Counted from the first letter of the stretch, positions 38,541 to 48,357 are shown. The stretch: DNA of 64,000 nucleotides from Candidatus Nomurabacteria bacterium RIFCSPHIGHO2_02_40_30 (GCA_001785445.1 MFTV01000010.1:101566-165565); one strand, 5' to 3'. Notes: generated by a model from the sequence alone, not told the origin. Numbers and translations are program-made.

Positions 38541-39470
38541 AATATACTAAAAGAAACAAATTTTAACAACTTGGGGAAAAAATATACTGGTAAAGTTAGA
38601 GATGTTTATATCCAGAATGACAAAATTATAATGGTTTCCACTGACAGATATTCCGCTTTTGACCGCAATCTGGCGCTCATTCCTTGTAAGGGACAAGTTT
38701 TAACTCAAGTTACTGATTTTTGGTTTAATCAAACTAAAGATATAGTACAAAATCACGTTATTGAAATACCAGACCCAAATACAGTAGTAGCTAAAAAATG
38801 CACCGTGTTGCCAGTGGAGATGGTAGTGCGCGGCTACATTACCGGAGTTACTGGAACTTCCACTTGGACTCTATACCAAAAGGGGCAGAGAGACTTCGGG
38901 GATTTTGTTTTGCCTGACGGAATGAAAAAAAATCAAAAACTGGATAAACCGGTCATAACTCCTACGACGAAACACGAAGCTCACGACAGGCCCTTGACTA
39001 GCAAAATTATTTTAGAAGAAAAAATGATGTCACCGGAGATTTGGCAAAAAATTTCTGATATCTCTTTGAAGCTTTTCGCCCGCGGGCAGGAAGTTGCCTT
39101 AAATAGGGGACTGATTCTGGTAGACACTAAATACGAATTTGGTTTAGATAAAAATAACGAGATAATGCTGATAGACGAGATTCATACGCCGGACTCTTCT
39201 AGGTACTGGCAGGCGGACTCATATAAAGGTAGAATTGAGCAAGGTTTAGAGCCAGAAAATTTTGATAAGGAGTTTCTGCGCTTGTGGTTTAAAGATAACT
39301 GCGACCCGTATAAAGATGAAAAACTTCCAGAAGCGCCAGTGGGGATGGTGACTGAACTTTCCCGAAGATATGTAAAAATTTGCGAGCAAATTACTGGAAT
39401 TCCTTTTCAAATGGAAAATGGAGACATCGGGAAGAGGATAGAGGATAATCTAAAAAAATACGCAATATAA
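38538..39470 (+). CDS. purC: SAICAR synthetase (long form)
   Basis: YTGKVRDVYIQNDKIIMVSTDRYSAFD and LVDTKYEFG are present. Confidence 0.85.
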   Translation: MNILKETNFNNLGKKYTGKVRDVYIQNDKIIMVSTDRYSAFDRNLALIPCKGQVLTQVTDFWFNQTKDIVQNHVIEIPDPNTVVAKKCTVLPVEMVVRGYITGVTGTSTWTLYQKGQRDFGDFVLPDGMKKNQKLDKPVITPTTKHEAHDRPLTSKIILEEKMMSPEIWQKISDISLKLFARGQEVALNRGLILVDTKYEFGLDKNNEIMLIDEIHTPDSSRYWQADSYKGRIEQGLEPENFDKEFLRLWFKDNCDPYKDEKLPEAPVGMVTELSRRYVKICEQITGIPFQMENGDIGKRIEDNLKKYAI

Positions 39471-39483
39471 AATTACTGATAAT

Positions 39484-40842
39484 ATGTCACTAAATTCAAT
39501 TTCACCAATAGACGGACGCTATGAAAAACAGACTTCTATTTTGTCTCCTTTTTTTAGCGAGAAAGCATTAATGCAGTATAGAGTAATTGTGGAAGGTGAG
39601 TACTTTATTGCCCTTTCGTTATTAAGAAAAACATCTTTGAGGAAATTTAGCAACACAGAGATAAAAAAAGTCAGAAGTTTATACAGGCTTTCTTCTAAAG
39701 ACTTCGAGCATATAAAAAATATCGAACAAAAAACAAATCATGATGTAAAAGCAGTGGAGTACTTTTTAAAAGAAAAACTGGCCAAAACATCCCTTAAAAA
39801 AAGCGTGGAATGGATTCACTTTGGTTTGACGTCCTATGATATTAACACTGTTGCCCGGGGGATGATGCTCGGTGACGCTTTGGAAAAAGTTATTATTCCA
39901 AAAATCATCTTGTTAACAAAAAACATCAATACTATCTCTAAAAAATACAAAGCTTTGCCCATGCTCTCGCGCACCCATGGCCAGAGCGCTTCGCCCACCA
40001 CCTTCGGCAAAGAAATGAAAGTTTTTGAGCAAAGATTAAAAAAACAAACTGACATACTGGAGTTTGTAAGGATATCAGTAAAGTTTAGCGGCGCTACCGG
40101 CAACTTTAATGCACATCATGTAGCTTACCCGAAAGTTGACTGGATTAAATTCGCCAAAAGTTTTATAAACAGTTTAAATAAAAATAGAAAAATCAAACTG
40201 GAGTTAAATTTGCCGACAACCCAGATAGACCCGCATGACAGGGAAATAGAAATTTTTGATTGTTTGCGCAGAATCAATACTATTCTAATAGATTTTAATC
40301 AGGATATTTGGCATTATATTAGCGACGAATGGCTGGTGCAAAAAGTTATCAAAGGCGAAGTAGGCTCTTCCGCTATGCCGCACAAAGTTAACCCCATCAA
40401 TTTCGAAAACAGTGAAGGTAATTTAGGTTTGGCGAATGCTCTTCTTAATTTCTTTTCTAATAAACTGCCAATTTCTCGTCTGCAAAGAGATTTGTCAGAC
40501 TCTACCGTAGAGCGAAACTTCGGTTCAGCTTTGGCTTACTCTTTAATAGCATATGAAAATTTGTTAAAAGGCCTTTCAAAAATTGATGTTAATAAACATA
40601 AAATGGCTAAAGACTTAGACAATCACCCAGAAGTAATTACCGAGGCTATGCAAACGATACTTCGGCGCGAAGGTGTAGCCATGCCGTATGAAAAATTAAA
40701 AGAATTGACTCGTGGTAAAAACATAACAATGGGTGATATTCATAAATTTATTGATACTTTGAAAGTGAGTATTGAGGTAAAAAAAGAGTTAAAAAAAATT
40801 ACTCCTGCGAACTACATAGGTTTAGCTTCAAAACTGGTATAA
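39484..40842 (+). CDS. purB: Adenylosuccinate lyase
   Basis: ISPIDGRYEKQTS and the fumarate-lyase signature GSSAMPHKVNP are present. Confidence 0.9.
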   Translation: MSLNSISPIDGRYEKQTSILSPFFSEKALMQYRVIVEGEYFIALSLLRKTSLRKFSNTEIKKVRSLYRLSSKDFEHIKNIEQKTNHDVKAVEYFLKEKLAKTSLKKSVEWIHFGLTSYDINTVARGMMLGDALEKVIIPKIILLTKNINTISKKYKALPMLSRTHGQSASPTTFGKEMKVFEQRLKKQTDILEFVRISVKFSGATGNFNAHHVAYPKVDWIKFAKSFINSLNKNRKIKLELNLPTTQIDPHDREIEIFDCLRRINTILIDFNQDIWHYISDEWLVQKVIKGEVGSSAMPHKVNPINFENSEGNLGLANALLNFFSNKLPISRLQRDLSDSTVERNFGSALAYSLIAYENLLKGLSKIDVNKHKMAKDLDNHPEVITEAMQTILRREGVAMPYEKLKELTRGKNITMGDIHKFIDTLKVSIEVKKELKKITPANYIGLASKLV

Positions 40843-40848
40843 TGGTTT

Positions 40849-41685
40849 ATGACACTTAAAAAAGCTCTAATTTTTGTGTTGATAATAAATTCTCTGTTTG
40901 GAGCTTGTAGAGCATATGCCCAAAGTTCCAACGCCGGTTTTGTGCCCGGAAATATCTGGTATTCTCTGGACCCATTTCTCGAAGGAGATAAGATAAAAAT
41001 ATATACCTTGATTTTCAACCCTGACCCTAGAGAATTATCAGGTACTGTGGTATTTTTTGATAACAGTGTCTTCTTGGGTAAAAAAGATTTCACTGCTCCG
41101 GCTAAAGGTGTTAAGGACGTATCGATAGACTGGACGGCCACAGTTGGAACTCACAATATTTTCGGTAAAATTGAAAATGCTAAGTTTCTGGTGGCTAAAA
41201 ACAAGTACGAAGAAGTGTACTTGGCGGAAAACGAAACAAGTAAAAGCTCGCGCACGGTCAGCAAAAAAATAGTTGCAAAAATAATTGATACAGCTGATGC
41301 AAGCACAAAGATATCTGACTCTATTGTAAACAAGGCTGGCAACGCTATTTCTGATTCGGTGGAAAATGTTAAAGAAGCAGTTGTAGCTAAAATACCGCAG
41401 TTTGTAGCGAAGCCTTTAACTTTAACCGGAAATGTAATTGAGGGCTGGCGTTCCAGTGTAGGTACTGCCTCGGAAAATAAAAAAGAAGTGGTTCAAACTG
41501 ATATTGAAAAAATAAAGAAGGGAAGTACAAAAAACGATAGTAAATTTTTAGAACCTTTTAAATATGTGGAGCTTTTCTTTTTTACCGTTTTATCTTTTAT
41601 TTTTAATAGTAAATTTATATTTTACAGTATTCTATTTATTATTTTAGCTTTAATTCTGCGTTATATATGGAATTTAATTTTTTAA
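40849..41685 (+). CDS. Hypothetical secreted protein with C-terminal membrane anchor
   Basis: A signal peptide (ALIFVLIINSLFGACRAYA), a ~220-aa hydrophilic region and a C-terminal hydrophobic segment are present. It lies immediately upstream of the PBP2 gene. Confidence 0.4.
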   Translation: MTLKKALIFVLIINSLFGACRAYAQSSNAGFVPGNIWYSLDPFLEGDKIKIYTLIFNPDPRELSGTVVFFDNSVFLGKKDFTAPAKGVKDVSIDWTATVGTHNIFGKIENAKFLVAKNKYEEVYLAENETSKSSRTVSKKIVAKIIDTADASTKISDSIVNKAGNAISDSVENVKEAVVAKIPQFVAKPLTLTGNVIEGWRSSVGTASENKKEVVQTDIEKIKKGSTKNDSKFLEPFKYVELFFFTVLSFIFNSKFIFYSILFIILALILRYIWNLIF

Positions 41686-41936
41686 TTCGATTTTTGGCTT
41701 GTATGCTGCTCATAGCGTCAATACTTTTTATGCCTTTTGGGGTATCCATGATTTTGGCATTAGCGGGCATGGTTTACTTTTCTTTATTCTTTGAAGCCGT
41801 ACTCGCTTTTTTCCTGTCAGACCTGCTGTATGGAGTGGCAGAAGGTAAGTACTTTGGTATATATTTTACTTTGCTTTCGATTTTATTTTTAATCATAGTG
41901 GAATTACTAAAAAAGAGACTGAAATTCTATCCTTGA
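41667..41936 (+). CDS. Small polytopic membrane protein (possibly a minimal MreD-like protein, given its position upstream of PBP2)
   Basis: The ORF is 89 aa with 3 hydrophobic helices. The function is inferred from gene order only. Confidence 0.3.
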   Translation: MEFNFLIRFLACMLLIASILFMPFGVSMILALAGMVYFSLFFEAVLAFFLSDLLYGVAEGKYFGIYFTLLSILFLIIVELLKKRLKFYP

Positions 41937-41943
41937 GTCTTGT

Positions 41944-43674
41944 ATGATAAGAAAAATGTTCAAAAAAAAGAATAGTGACAAACACTTTTTCGTGGAGCCC
42001 GACGAGATTTTTCTTGACTCAAAAAATTTGCAAAATTTTGACCGTCAGCAATTCGAGGGACGAATAGAAAAATCAATACCTAAAAAGAACATTTTATTTC
42101 TTGGGATTTTATTCCTGCTTTTTTCTGTAACATTTGGCAGCCGTCTGATATATCTGCAAATCCAAAAAGGGGAAGCGTACTTGAAAAGAAGCGAAAATAA
42201 TATTTTAGACAAAGTTATTATCTTTACCGAGAGAGGAATAATCTATGACAGAAATAATGTAAAGCTGGCTTGGAACAGTAGAAATTCGGACGTTGGACGT
42301 CTGAATTCCGGACGTCCAACGTCCGAATCTGAAAACATGCCTATTCGCACATACATGTCACCCGGATTTTCTCATGTATTGGGTTACGTTAGTTACCCAG
42401 CCAAAGACAAGGACGGCAACTATTGGCAAACTGAATTTATGGGTAAAGACGGCTTAGAAAAAGAATACAACGACAAAATCAAAGGAGAAAATGGCTCAAA
42501 AATAATAGAAATAAATGCGTTAAAAGAAATAAATTCCGAAAATATCATAAACATTCCAAAACGAGGGAATAACTTGGTTACAAGTATTGACTCAAAAATT
42601 CAGAAAGAATTGTTTACTTTAATTAAAAATCTGGCAGAAAATAATAACTTTACCGGTGGAGCTGGGATAATAATGGATGTCAGAAATGGAGAAATACTGA
42701 CTTCTACCAGCTTCCCAGAATATAATTCCGAAACTTTATCTCTTGGAGAAGATATATCAGCGATCAATAAGTATATAAACGATAAAAGAAAATTCTTTAT
42801 GGATAGAACTGTTTCCGGACTTTATACTCCAGGCTCGATCGTTAAGCCATTTTTCGCGCTTGGAGCTCTAACTGAAGGCATTATTGACCAATATAAAAAA
42901 ATTCTTTCGACTGGTTCCATCTCAATCCCAAACCCTTATTTTAAAGACCAAAAGACTGTTTTCAAAGACTGGAGAGTAAACGGCTGGACAGATATGAGGG
43001 AGGCTTTGGCTGTTTCTTCTGATGTTTACTTTTACTCTATTGGCGGGGGCTACGGCGACCAAAGAGGCCTTGGTATAACCAATATTGGCAAGTATGCCAG
43101 CCTCTTCGGCATTGGAGAAGCAACTGGGATTGATTTGCCGGACGAAAAAAAGGGCACCATCCCGTCTCCGCAATGGAAAATAGAAAATTTTCAAGGAGAC
43201 CCTTGGCGCATTGGAGACACTTATCATACGGCTATCGGACAATATGGATTCCAAGTTACTCCGGTAGAAATAGTCCGCGCCGTAGCGGCTATAGCAAGTT
43301 ATGGCAAAATGTTAACTCCGCATTTTATACTCAATGACAAAGAAAAGGAAAATAAAACTTCTACAGTCAACTTAAAAAAAGAATACTTTGACATTGTGCG
43401 TGAAGGAATGAGAAAAGCAGTGACAACGGGCACGGCGACAATACTGAATGTGCCCTATGTGCATGTCGCTGTGAAAACCGGAACAGCAGAGCTCGGAGTG
43501 GCTAAAAATAAAGTGAACTCTTGGGTGATGGGCTTCTTGCCGTACGAAGACCCTAAGTACGCTTTCGTGATTATTATGGAGTCGGGCCCCTCGACCGGCG
43601 GCGCTAATGCGTCTTCTGTCATGCGAGGTCTCTTGGACTGGATGTACCTTAACACACCGGAATATTTCGATTAA
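41944..43674 (+). CDS. mrdA: Penicillin-binding protein 2 family transpeptidase
   Basis: An N-terminal TM, a dimerisation domain and the transpeptidase motifs SIVKP (SxxK), SSD and KTGTAE are present. Confidence 0.8.
   Translation: MIRKMFKKKNSDKHFFVEPDEIFLDSKNLQNFDRQQFEGRIEKSIPKKNILFLGILFLLFSVTFGSRLIYLQIQKGEAYLKRSENNILDKVIIFTERGIIYDRNNVKLAWNSRNSDVGRLNSGRPTSESENMPIRTYMSPGFSHVLGYVSYPAKDKDGNYWQTEFMGKDGLEKEYNDKIKGENGSKIIEINALKEINSENIINIPKRGNNLVTSIDSKIQKELFTLIKNLAENNNFTGGAGIIMDVRNGEILTSTSFPEYNSETLSLGEDISAINKYINDKRKFFMDRTVSGLYTPGSIVKPFFALGALTEGIIDQYKKILSTGSISIPNPYFKDQKTVFKDWRVNGWTDMREALAVSSDVYFYSIGGGYGDQRGLGITNIGKYASLFGIGEATGIDLPDEKKGTIPSPQWKIENFQGDPWRIGDTYHTAIGQYGFQVTPVEIVRAVAAIASYGKMLTPHFILNDKEKENKTSTVNLKKEYFDIVREGMRKAVTTGTATILNVPYVHVAVKTGTAELGVAKNKVNSWVMGFLPYEDPKYAFVIIMESGPSTGGANASSVMRGLLDWMYLNTPEYFD
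42284..42328. repeat. GC-rich palindromic element inserted in-frame within the PBP2 gene
   Basis: The 18-nt arms ATTCGGACGTTGGACGTC and GACGTCCAACGTCCGAAT are perfect reverse complements separated by TGAATTCCG. The stretch encodes NSDVGRLNSGRPTSE. Confidence 0.6.
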
Positions 43675-43692
43675 TTTGCATTTTTCACCTTC

Positions 43693-43938
43693 ATGAAATA
43701 CAATATATCCATGAAAAAAGCTTACATACTTTTAGTTTTAGGCATCTGGGTGGCAGTTTTGCCATATTTAGGTTTTCCATATTCTTGGAAAGATATTTTA
43801 TTTACCATTACCGGTCTGGGATTAATTTGTTTAAGCTATATTATGTACAAAGAATCTAAAAAAGAAGAAATTACTCCGGAGAAAATTTTTGATAATTTTT
43901 CAGAAAATCTTGATAGCATCGGCGAAGAAAAAATATAA
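43693..43938 (+). CDS. Hypothetical small membrane protein (2 TM)
   Basis: The ORF is 81 aa with two hydrophobic helices and an acidic C-terminus. Confidence 0.35.
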   Translation: MKYNISMKKAYILLVLGIWVAVLPYLGFPYSWKDILFTITGLGLICLSYIMYKESKKEEITPEKIFDNFSENLDSIGEEKI

Positions 43939-43950
43939 TAACATATAACA

Positions 43951-45162
43951 ATGCAAAATTTTTCAAAAACAAGACATATTGCCACTGTCACTTTGCTTGT
44001 TGCCATATTTTTCATCTGGGGTGTTTATCTAGGCATACATAAAAAATCAGAAATAGAGAAAGTCGTGGGTCTTGCCGGAAAAGAGACGCTGGTGACCACA
44101 AAAGCTGACTTTTCTCCTTTTTGGAAGACTTGGAATACTATCAACGAAAAATATCCAAAAGCGAGCACAGTGGAAGACCAGAGTAGGGTCTATGGCGCTA
44201 TTTCAGGGCTCGTGGACTCACTAAATGACCCATATAGCGTGTTTTTCGGCCCAGATGAGGCAAAGTCATTCGAAGAGGAAATAGCCGGTAATTTCAGCGG
44301 AGTCGGCATGGAAGTAGGCATAAAAGACAAGACACTTACGGTCATAGCGCCTCTTAAAGACACCCCTGCCTATAGGGCAAATATTAAGCCCGGCGATAAA
44401 ATTTTAAAGATTGATAAAACAGTCACCACAGGCTTGAGTATAGAAGATGCCATTAAACTGATGCGCGGAGAAAAGGGCACAACAGTGATACTTAGTATTT
44501 CCCGCGAAGGGAGAAAAGACCCGATAGAAATGAAAATCGTACGAGATACTATCAATATACCGACTCTCGATACCGAGTTGCGGAAAGACGGCATCTTTAT
44601 AATAAGGCTTTATAGTTTTTCGGGCAACTCAACCAACCTTTTCCGTGAGGCTATGAAAAAATTTGCGGAGTCTGGAACCGATAAAATGCTCTTGGATTTA
44701 CGGGGAAACCCCGGAGGGTATTTAGAGGCCGCTGTTGATATAGCAAGTTGGTTCCTGCCATCACAGAAAATAATCGCAACCGAGGACTATGGTAACAATA
44801 AAAAAGCGGAAGTTTTCCGAAGTAAAGGCTACAATATATTTAACGACAAACTAAAATTTGTAATTCTGATAGATGGCGGGTCCGCATCAGCATCCGAAAT
44901 AGTTGCCGGCGCCATGCGAGACCACGGACGCGCCAAGCTGGTGGGGAGTCAAAGTTTTGGCAAAGGCTCGGTACAAGAGGCGATAAAGATAACTCCGGAC
45001 ACTCTTTTGAAAATAACAGTAGCTAAATGGCTGACACCAAATGGAACTTCTATCTCTGAAAAAGGACTGACTCCTGACTATGTGGTAGAATTTACTCCGA
45101 AAAATATTAATGATAAAAAAGATGTACAATTAGAGAAAGCAGTGGAAGTATTGCTACAATAA
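43951..45162 (+). CDS. ctpA: Carboxyl-terminal processing protease (S41, with PDZ domain)
   Basis: N-terminal TM; LRGNPGGYLEAAVDIASWF, a Ser-containing GSASASEI and the catalytic Lys region are present. Confidence 0.8.
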   Translation: MQNFSKTRHIATVTLLVAIFFIWGVYLGIHKKSEIEKVVGLAGKETLVTTKADFSPFWKTWNTINEKYPKASTVEDQSRVYGAISGLVDSLNDPYSVFFGPDEAKSFEEEIAGNFSGVGMEVGIKDKTLTVIAPLKDTPAYRANIKPGDKILKIDKTVTTGLSIEDAIKLMRGEKGTTVILSISREGRKDPIEMKIVRDTINIPTLDTELRKDGIFIIRLYSFSGNSTNLFREAMKKFAESGTDKMLLDLRGNPGGYLEAAVDIASWFLPSQKIIATEDYGNNKKAEVFRSKGYNIFNDKLKFVILIDGGSASASEIVAGAMRDHGRAKLVGSQSFGKGSVQEAIKITPDTLLKITVAKWLTPNGTSISEKGLTPDYVVEFTPKNINDKKDVQLEKAVEVLLQ

Positions 45163-45166
45163 TGCT

Positions 45167-45610
45167 ATGCGAGTAATTTTTTTAAAAGATGTGCCGAGAG
45201 TGGGGAGAAAGTACGACATAAAAGAAGTCAATGATGGCTACGCTATGAATTTTTTATTGCCGAGAAAGTTGGCCATGACAGCAACTCCAAAAGCTGTGGC
45301 AGAATTGGAATTAAAGAAGAAAGAAATTGTCATCGAAAGGGAAGTGCAAGAAAACTTGCTTCTTAAAAATCTGGAAGAAATAAAAGATAAAGTCCTTCAC
45401 ATGACTGGCAAAACTGACGAGAAAGGACATTTATTTTCCGGAATCCGCGCTAGAGATATAGTGGAAGCCATGAAGACAGAATATCACGCCGACATAAATG
45501 AAGGCGCCATAAAACTCGAAAAACCAATTAAAGAAATAGGAGAGTTTACTATTCCACTTGAAATCCAAGGCAAAAAATCTTTCTTCAAGCTTGTGGTGGA
45601 GAAAATCTAA
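45167..45610 (+). CDS. rplI: 50S ribosomal protein L9
   Basis: [36 protein letters not shown] is the L9 N-domain. Confidence 0.85.
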   Translation: MRVIFLKDVPRVGRKYDIKEVNDGYAMNFLLPRKLAMTATPKAVAELELKKKEIVIEREVQENLLLKNLEEIKDKVLHMTGKTDEKGHLFSGIRARDIVEAMKTEYHADINEGAIKLEKPIKEIGEFTIPLEIQGKKSFFKLVVEKI

Positions 45611-45879
45611 ATAACGTTTACTACTTTTTTTACTAAAGTCTTTCCGTTAAAAGAAGTCTTGCGACGAGAGCCGAATTTGACAGTGCCGTCTTTGAGGGCG
45701 AATAGGGTATGGTCCACGCCTATGCCGACATTGTTGCCAGCCATAATGACTGTGCCACGCTGACGGACGATAACAGAGCCTGCTTGAGCACTTTGGCCAT
45801 CAGTTCGTTTAATACCTAGGTATTTTGGGTTTGAGTCTCTTAAATTTTTGGCCGTTCCGCCGGCTTTTCTATGTGCCAT
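45607..45879 (-). CDS. rpmA: 50S ribosomal protein L27
   Basis: [25 protein letters not shown]...VIVRQRGT...[16 protein letters not shown] is present, with a short C-terminal extension. Confidence 0.85.
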   Translation of the reverse strand: MAHRKAGGTAKNLRDSNPKYLGIKRTDGQSAQAGSVIVRQRGTVIMAGNNVGIGVDHTLFALKDGTVKFGSRRKTSFNGKTLVKKVVNVI

Positions 45880-45899
45880 ATATTTGTGTTAAAATAATT

Positions 45900-45927
45900 A
45901 CATAATACATTACGTAATGTATTATGT
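45900..45927. repeat. Perfect 28-bp palindrome containing TTACGTAA in the divergent rpmA / ORF45947 intergenic region
   Basis: ACATAATACATTAC|GTAATGTATTATGT. It is followed by GTAACCAATA, which recurs at 61391-61403. Confidence 0.6.
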
Positions 45928-45946
45928 AACCAATATAGACTAATAT

Positions 45947-46339
45947 ATGGAAAAAATCAAGACATTCTTGGAAAGCGACAAGGGTAAAGACATAATGATA
46001 GTTACCATCGTCATTTTGGTGGGCTTAGGCTCATTTGAGCTAGGTAGACTATCTAAAGAAGGAAATGGCTCGAGGGGAGTCAAAATTGAGTATACGGAGG
46101 ACGTAAGTAATCAGCAAGCAGGGAATGTAATTTCAGCCATAGAATCTTCTAGTCTTTTGCAAAATACTGAAGTAGCAAATTCTGCTGGCAAAAACTTTTT
46201 TGCTTCCAACAGGGGAACTAAATATTATTCCATCGGCTGTTCAGCCGGCAAAACTATTAAGCAAGAAAACAGAGTCTACTTTGCAACAAGTGAAGCTGCC
46301 CAAAGGGCAGGGTATGAGCTTAGTAGCTCGTGTAGGTAA
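45947..46339 (+). CDS. Membrane-anchored hypothetical protein with C-terminal Ada-metal-binding-like motif
   Basis: N-terminal TM; the C-terminal KYYSIGCSAGKTIKQENRVYFATSEAAQRAGYELSSSC resembles the Ada N-terminal Zn-binding fold pattern (...C...ENxxFF.S..EA..AGFRPC). Confidence 0.4.
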   Translation: MEKIKTFLESDKGKDIMIVTIVILVGLGSFELGRLSKEGNGSRGVKIEYTEDVSNQQAGNVISAIESSSLLQNTEVANSAGKNFFASNRGTKYYSIGCSAGKTIKQENRVYFATSEAAQRAGYELSSSCR

Positions 46340-46452
46340 ATAGATATCGTGTCGCACAATATATGTTTTGGGTCGTTATCTACGACCTAAAACATGGCGC
46401 CCATTGTGCGACATTTCAAATGCTCGCACAATGTGCTTTTTGGGATTAAAGA

Positions 46453-48348
46453 CTATGAGAAAAGCTTGAGGTCTTTCGTTAGCGCGTCTACTTTGGACTT
46501 AGGGCCAAAGATGAGGAGACCGAGGAAGTCGATATCTTTTTGCGACTTCATTTGAGTTTGCTCGGCAACTTTTTTATCATTTGTGGTTTCAATCATCTCT
46601 CGGGTAAAGTGAGCAATCTCTAAGCCCTCCCCTTGCGCCTTGTCAGAAAGCGCCCAAATGGCATCCGAAGAGTCGGCAGTCTTTATCATAATTGCATGCT
46701 GAATATTTAATTTTATATTTTTGTCATCTTTGGTTTTTATCGAATCAAATTTGAAAAGTTTTTTCTGTGAACGGGCGCCAAAAGCAGCTGATAGATGAGC
46801 TACGGTATTCATTATCTGCCATGGCTCCAGTCCGGCGCCGGAGTTTACTATGGCTGTAGCCACATACATTTCCTTAATTTTATTTTTCTCGTCGTCAATA
46901 GGTTTCATCAGTGGAAATATTTGGGTTTCTCGGATGGGTTTATCCATTAAGAAACTGAAAAGGCGTTCACTGAAGCCGTGGCCAGCGGTAGGAGGCATTC
47001 CGTACTCTAATGCCTCAACGAAGTCATGGTCCGTCATTTGGGCTTCGGTATCCCCTGCTTCACGCAACTTTTCTTGATCTCTAAATCGTTCTAGCTGGTC
47101 TATTGGGTCATTAAGTTCGCTATATCCTTGTCCCACTTCACTTCCAGCAATAATAAAATGAAAACGTTCTGTAACATCTGGATTATCAGGCGAAGACTTT
47201 GATAAAGGAGAAGTAATTTTAGGCTCATTTACCAGAATAGCTGGTCCGCCAATATTTTTACGGCAATGTTTCCATAAAGAATCAATCAAGCGCGCTTTAT
47301 TATCTGCTTCGTAGTCCACGCCTAATTCTTTTAACTTTATTTCGATTTCTTTTTGGTCTGCTTTTTCGATATTGATTTTCAATTGTTTCTCTATTTCTTT
47401 GGTATAATCTATAAGAGGCCACTCTAAAGCAAGGTCAACGTCAAAACCATTTATCTTAAATTTCAGGGTGCCGAAAGTTTCCTGCGCCACGTATCGGTAG
47501 CATTTCTGTAAAAATTTATACATATCTTCATAGTTAGCATAAGCCCAATAAGCTTCACATTGAGTATAGTCTTGCAAATGCTCCGGAGACATGCCTTCGT
47601 TGCGAAAAATTCTGCCGATTTCAAAAGTCTTCGGAATTCCGGCAACCATTAACTTTTTTTGCCAGAGTTCTCCTGCTGATATTCTAAGATAAACATCTAA
47701 GTCCAAAGCATTATGATGCGTTTTAAATGGTGTAGCATCTGCCCCTCCGGTAGTAATCTCTAAAACCGGTGTTTCCACCTCTAGAAAACCATTCTTCAGA
47801 TGAAATTCTCTGACAGCATTCCAAAAGAGAGCTTTTTTCCTTACTATTTCTTTGGCTTCAGGATTAAAAAGGATGTCTAGGTATCTCTGACGAAATCTAG
47901 TCTCGTAATCCTGCAAACCATGCCATTTTTCTGGTAGCGGTTTCAAGCTCTTAGAAAGCATATGCCAGTCTGTGGCCTCAAGAGTCTTCTCCCCTCTTTT
48001 GGTCGTAAAAAAATTTCCTTGAATCTCTACGAAGTCGCCAATATCCACAACTTCATTAAAGAAGTTAAACTTTTCGCCGCCCAAAACATCTTTTTTAAGC
48101 AAGCCCTGAAAAGTTCCGGTGCCGTCGTTTAAAGTTATAAAAATAATAGCGCCTTGTCCGCGTATAGACATAACACGTCCGGCAATCCATTTAATTTCTT
48201 TATTTTTTTCCAGAGTGTCAAAATTTAAAGTAGCCTCATGTAATGCAAGCTCTCTACTTGACTCTGCGGGATATGGATTTACACCTTTACTCTTCAAGAG
48301 CTCAAGTTTTTTTATTCTCGTATCTCTAATTTCATCAATTGAAGACAT
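46453..48348 (-). CDS. lysS: Lysyl-tRNA synthetase (class II) with C-terminal PTH2/DUF2000-like extension
   Basis: The LysRS core runs to ...GFSERLFSFLMDKPIRETQIFPLMKP (class II motif 3). An extra ~150 aa follows, ending FLGLLIFGPKSKVDALTKDLKLFS; it resembles Pth2 ([20 protein letters not shown]). Confidence 0.8.
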   Translation of the reverse strand: MSSIDEIRDTRIKKLELLKSKGVNPYPAESSRELALHEATLNFDTLEKNKEIKWIAGRVMSIRGQGAIIFITLNDGTGTFQGLLKKDVLGGEKFNFFNEVVDIGDFVEIQGNFFTTKRGEKTLEATDWHMLSKSLKPLPEKWHGLQDYETRFRQRYLDILFNPEAKEIVRKKALFWNAVREFHLKNGFLEVETPVLEITTGGADATPFKTHHNALDLDVYLRISAGELWQKKLMVAGIPKTFEIGRIFRNEGMSPEHLQDYTQCEAYWAYANYEDMYKFLQKCYRYVAQETFGTLKFKINGFDVDLALEWPLIDYTKEIEKQLKINIEKADQKEIEIKLKELGVDYEADNKARLIDSLWKHCRKNIGGPAILVNEPKITSPLSKSSPDNPDVTERFHFIIAGSEVGQGYSELNDPIDQLERFRDQEKLREAGDTEAQMTDHDFVEALEYGMPPTAGHGFSERLFSFLMDKPIRETQIFPLMKPIDDEKNKIKEMYVATAIVNSGAGLEPWQIMNTVAHLSAAFGARSQKKLFKFDSIKTKDDKNIKLNIQHAIMIKTADSSDAIWALSDKAQGEGLEIAHFTREMIETTNDKKVAEQTQMKSQKDIDFLGLLIFGPKSKVDALTKDLKLFS

Positions 48349-48357
48349 TTTTAATTT

